Below are positions 16,760-19,208 of a stretch of DNA of 19,208 nt, in pieces; the stretch's first letter is position 1, and every line of letters begins with the position of its first letter. The position numbers were made by a program, and so were the translations under genes. Below the pieces are notes generated by a model. It was not told the DNA's origin, made no database searches, and was given only the letters and a program-made list of their open reading frames with translations. This DNA is from Abditibacteriaceae bacterium (GTDB lineage: Bacteria > Armatimonadota > Abditibacteriia > Abditibacteriales > Abditibacteriaceae), in assembly GCA_031372065.1 (NCBI GenBank), contig JANMKN010000100.1:1-19208 (forward strand), read 5' to 3'.

Positions 16760-19054
16760 TCAGTTCTGCGTTACCACAACGTTGTCGTGATAAGTGCGGA
16801 ACTGGCTTTGTAGAGCGAACGAGAACAAACCCGGCGAGCCTTGCGTGTTTGCGTTTTTGTGCGGCACCTCAATTGTCCATGCCTCTGGCTCGGCTTCGCC
16901 CTTTTTCCACGCTTTGGCGCGCACCTTGCCCGAACCGTCCGGCGCGACATCTACGCGCGTTTTCAGGTGATACCAAACTTTTGCCTGCCATTTGAAGGGC
17001 ACCGAAACTTTAATGCGGTCGGCATTGGACGTCACTTCCAAGGTTTGCCAGTTGCCGATTAACGAGATGTTATAACGCTGATTGACCAAACCGACGATGC
17101 TCATGCTGCGGCGGTTGCCATCACTCATCACGTCGGCTTCCAGCGTGTAATTTTTCATGTCCGGCGTGCCGATAAAAGCAGTAGCGCGCTGAAAAAAGAC
17201 GTTATCCAGCGTCTTTGCCAGCACTTTGTTGCCGTCCAAATCGCGCACTTCCCATTTGAAACGTGCGCCAATCCACGGCAGCGGCGGATAAGCAAATTTG
17301 ACCATATCAGGTGCGGTATCGGTCAGTTCAAAGCCTTCAAAATTCTCAGACAAGGGCAAATTCGGCAATACACGCCCGCGAATATCGGCTTTGAGTTCTT
17401 TGCCGTCCACGGTCGCCGTCGCTTGAAAAGCGCCTGCTGAACTTTTCGCATCAGCGGGCACTATGAGCATTTCGCCATTGAAATCGCCCGCCATTTGCGC
17501 CTTCACTTTGGCCGTCGGCGGAATGTAATGCGCCCATGTCGCGCCGGTTACATTGCGCACGAAGTTGCCGTTAGCATCCAAGGCGCGCAAGGCCACTTTT
17601 ATGCTCTGACCGGGCCGCAACAGCACTTCCGAAGGCACCGCTTGCAACTGCGCAACCGGGCCGGGCGCCGGAGCTTTTTCCATCGTAGTGGGCAGTGTGA
17701 AATTCTTTTTGCCCTTGGTGCCAAAGCAATACAGATTTTCGGTGGTGAAAAAGTAAACTTTGCCGTTCCAAAGCGCCGGAGCGCCCAAACAGTTGCCGGG
17801 AAACTGACCTTCGCTGAGAACAGTGCCTTTATCGGCTGCGGGTTTGACAATGAAAAACTGGCCGCTTTGAAACGGAATATACAACTTGCCATCACCATAA
17901 GCGGGCGAGGCGTGCAACTGGTCGGGCGCGAGTTTCATGTCCCACAAAATGTTGCCGCTATCCGCATCTACGCAGGCCAGTTCGCCGGTTTTCACCGTTT
18001 GATAAACGCGATTGCCCACCAAAACCGGCGAACTGCTCCACGAAATCAAACGATTGCGCCACAATTCAGAGGTTTTATCCAAGGTGACTGCATCCGTTGC
18101 ACCAGCGGCGGGCATCGCGCCAGTTTTCACGGCCACCATGCGGCCCATTTCGGACGAATCGGTATTTTCGTCGCCTTGAATATCAATCACGCGGTCATTG
18201 TATAAAACCGGCGTCGAATTCACGCCGCCTGCCGAAATTTTATAGCGCCACAGCGGTTGGCCGGTTTTAGCATTAAAAGCCACAATATGACCGTCGCCAC
18301 TGCCGCAATACATGACGCGCTGGCCGTTTTCCCAACGCGCGACAGGCGTGGCAAACGATTGATCTTTCGGGGGAACCGTGCCCGGCGTGGAAACCCAAAC
18401 CAGTTGCCCGGTGCGCTTATCAAAAGCATGAAAGCGATCTGCTGCCGGGCCTTGCGCGCCCCAGTTGGCAACAAGGCTGTGTTCAATCACCAAATCGCCA
18501 TCAACATAAGGGGAACCGGTGCGGCCATTGGGAAAAGTCAGGCGCCCGTATTCTTCCATCATGGTGTGACGCCACAACTCTTTGCCATCGGGCTGAAAGC
18601 AATACAACTCGCCCGCCGAGTTATTGAAATAGATGTTGCCGGTTTCTTCGTCCACGGCAGGGCTGCCAATCGAATAGCGATTGTAAGCGGTGTCCGACAG
18701 ATAATCGTTGAAGCGCTTTTCCCAGATTTTCTTGCCGGTTTCCGCATCGAGACACAGCAAAACTTCTTGCAAATCGGCGCCATCGCCTTCATAAGCCCAC
18801 GCATAAACGCGCCCATTGGCGACAATCGGCGCGCTGCGTCCGCGAATTTTGTAAGACCACAACTGATTTTTGCCGCCCGGTTTAATTTCGTTGGGCAAGC
18901 CCGTTTCGGGCGAGGTGCCATTTTGACTTGGGCCACGCCAATTTGTCCAGCCATTCGCCGCCATTTTTTGCGCTTGCGACAGCGTTGTAGAAAAGAAAGC
19001 CGCACTAACCATCAATAATCCGGCGGCGACTTTTGCATTTGTCCAGAATTTCAT
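16760..19054 (-). CDS. Large secreted protein: PQQ-like beta-propeller, Ig-like domain and ConA/DUF1080-like beta-sandwich
   Basis: Start re-assigned to the ATG at 19054 (MKFWTNAKVAAGLLMVSAAFFSTTLSQA...WTNWRGP, 764 aa). Propeller repeats run to about YCFGTK, then VAQLQAVPSEVLLRPGQS (Ig-like), then ENFE...NYTLEADV...WYHLKTRV...KVRAKAW...GSPGLF (lectin-like). Confidence 0.85.
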   Translation of the reverse strand: MKFWTNAKVAAGLLMVSAAFFSTTLSQAQKMAANGWTNWRGPSQNGTSPETGLPNEIKPGGKNQLWSYKIRGRSAPIVANGRVYAWAYEGDGADLQEVLLCLDAETGKKIWEKRFNDYLSDTAYNRYSIGSPAVDEETGNIYFNNSAGELYCFQPDGKELWRHTMMEEYGRLTFPNGRTGSPYVDGDLVIEHSLVANWGAQGPAADRFHAFDKRTGQLVWVSTPGTVPPKDQSFATPVARWENGQRVMYCGSGDGHIVAFNAKTGQPLWRYKISAGGVNSTPVLYNDRVIDIQGDENTDSSEMGRMVAVKTGAMPAAGATDAVTLDKTSELWRNRLISWSSSPVLVGNRVYQTVKTGELACVDADSGNILWDMKLAPDQLHASPAYGDGKLYIPFQSGQFFIVKPAADKGTVLSEGQFPGNCLGAPALWNGKVYFFTTENLYCFGTKGKKNFTLPTTMEKAPAPGPVAQLQAVPSEVLLRPGQSIKVALRALDANGNFVRNVTGATWAHYIPPTAKVKAQMAGDFNGEMLIVPADAKSSAGAFQATATVDGKELKADIRGRVLPNLPLSENFEGFELTDTAPDMVKFAYPPLPWIGARFKWEVRDLDGNKVLAKTLDNVFFQRATAFIGTPDMKNYTLEADVMSDGNRRSMSIVGLVNQRYNISLIGNWQTLEVTSNADRIKVSVPFKWQAKVWYHLKTRVDVAPDGSGKVRAKAWKKGEAEPEAWTIEVPHKNANTQGSPGLFSFALQSQFRTYHDNVVVTQN

Positions 19055-19103
19055 ATTTCGCTTTCTAACTTCAATTTTGACAAACGAACACGTTTGAAGG
19101 GAA

Positions 19104-19208
19104 CACGGAGCCTTCGGCTTCACGGAAACGACACAGATAAGCACTGTTTTTTGAGATTTTTAACACAATTCTCTCATGAAATCCGTGAAAACCCATGTCG
19201 TTTCCGTG
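19104..19208. repeat. REP/MITE-like imperfect inverted repeat upstream of the cluster (may extend beyond the window)
   Basis: cacggaaacgaca (19121-19133) is the exact reverse complement of tgtcgtttccgtg (19196-19208). The arms extend imperfectly to about 30 bp and are built from ~10-nt cac(g/a)ga units. A small ggagcc-ttc-ggcttc hairpin lies at 19107-19121. Confidence 0.7.

Noticed and set aside
17495..19018. Long plus-strand ORFs (236 and 253 aa), and likewise 6388-7038 and 9479-10111
   Set aside because: They are antisense shadows of well-supported genes, with no recognisable motifs.
4761..19054. Calling the propellers BamB or PQQ-dependent dehydrogenases
   Set aside because: There is no lipobox, no bam context, no visible quinoprotein catalytic signature and no pqq genes in the window.
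1..19208. CRISPR array, tRNA/rRNA, transposase, RiPP precursor for the radical SAM enzyme
   Set aside because: I saw no regularly spaced direct repeats or RNA gene signatures. The only small junction ORFs are explained as PIN and DUF4058 remnants, and the radical SAM enzyme lacks SPASM/RRE features.

Overview
The window is a single tightly packed, minus-strand gene cluster of about 19 kb from a moderately GC-rich bacterium, and it runs off the left edge. In transcription order it encodes two secreted PQQ-like beta-propeller proteins, a broken DUF4058-like gene, an MFS transporter, an EhpF-like truncated adenylating enzyme and a lower-GC nuclease gene (HsdR_N-type PD-(D/E)xK plus probable RAMA domain). 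These are followed by a third propeller, an atypical ALDH-fold reductase, a fourth propeller, an Fe-type alcohol dehydrogenase, a fifth propeller and a PIN-toxin fragment. The cluster ends with a HemN-like radical SAM enzyme, a chorismate-lyase-like protein, a GT4 glycosyltransferase, a hotdog thioesterase and a phenylacetate-CoA-ligase-like gene that the ORF track missed. The enzyme set reads as an orphan pathway that makes, activates, reduces, radically modifies and glycosylates an aromatic acid. It is co-transcribed with five exported propeller proteins, which could be clients of an unknown cofactor or metabolite. Nuclease/toxin remnants and REP-like palindromes sit at several gene junctions. 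All family assignments come from reading motifs by eye, not from database searches.
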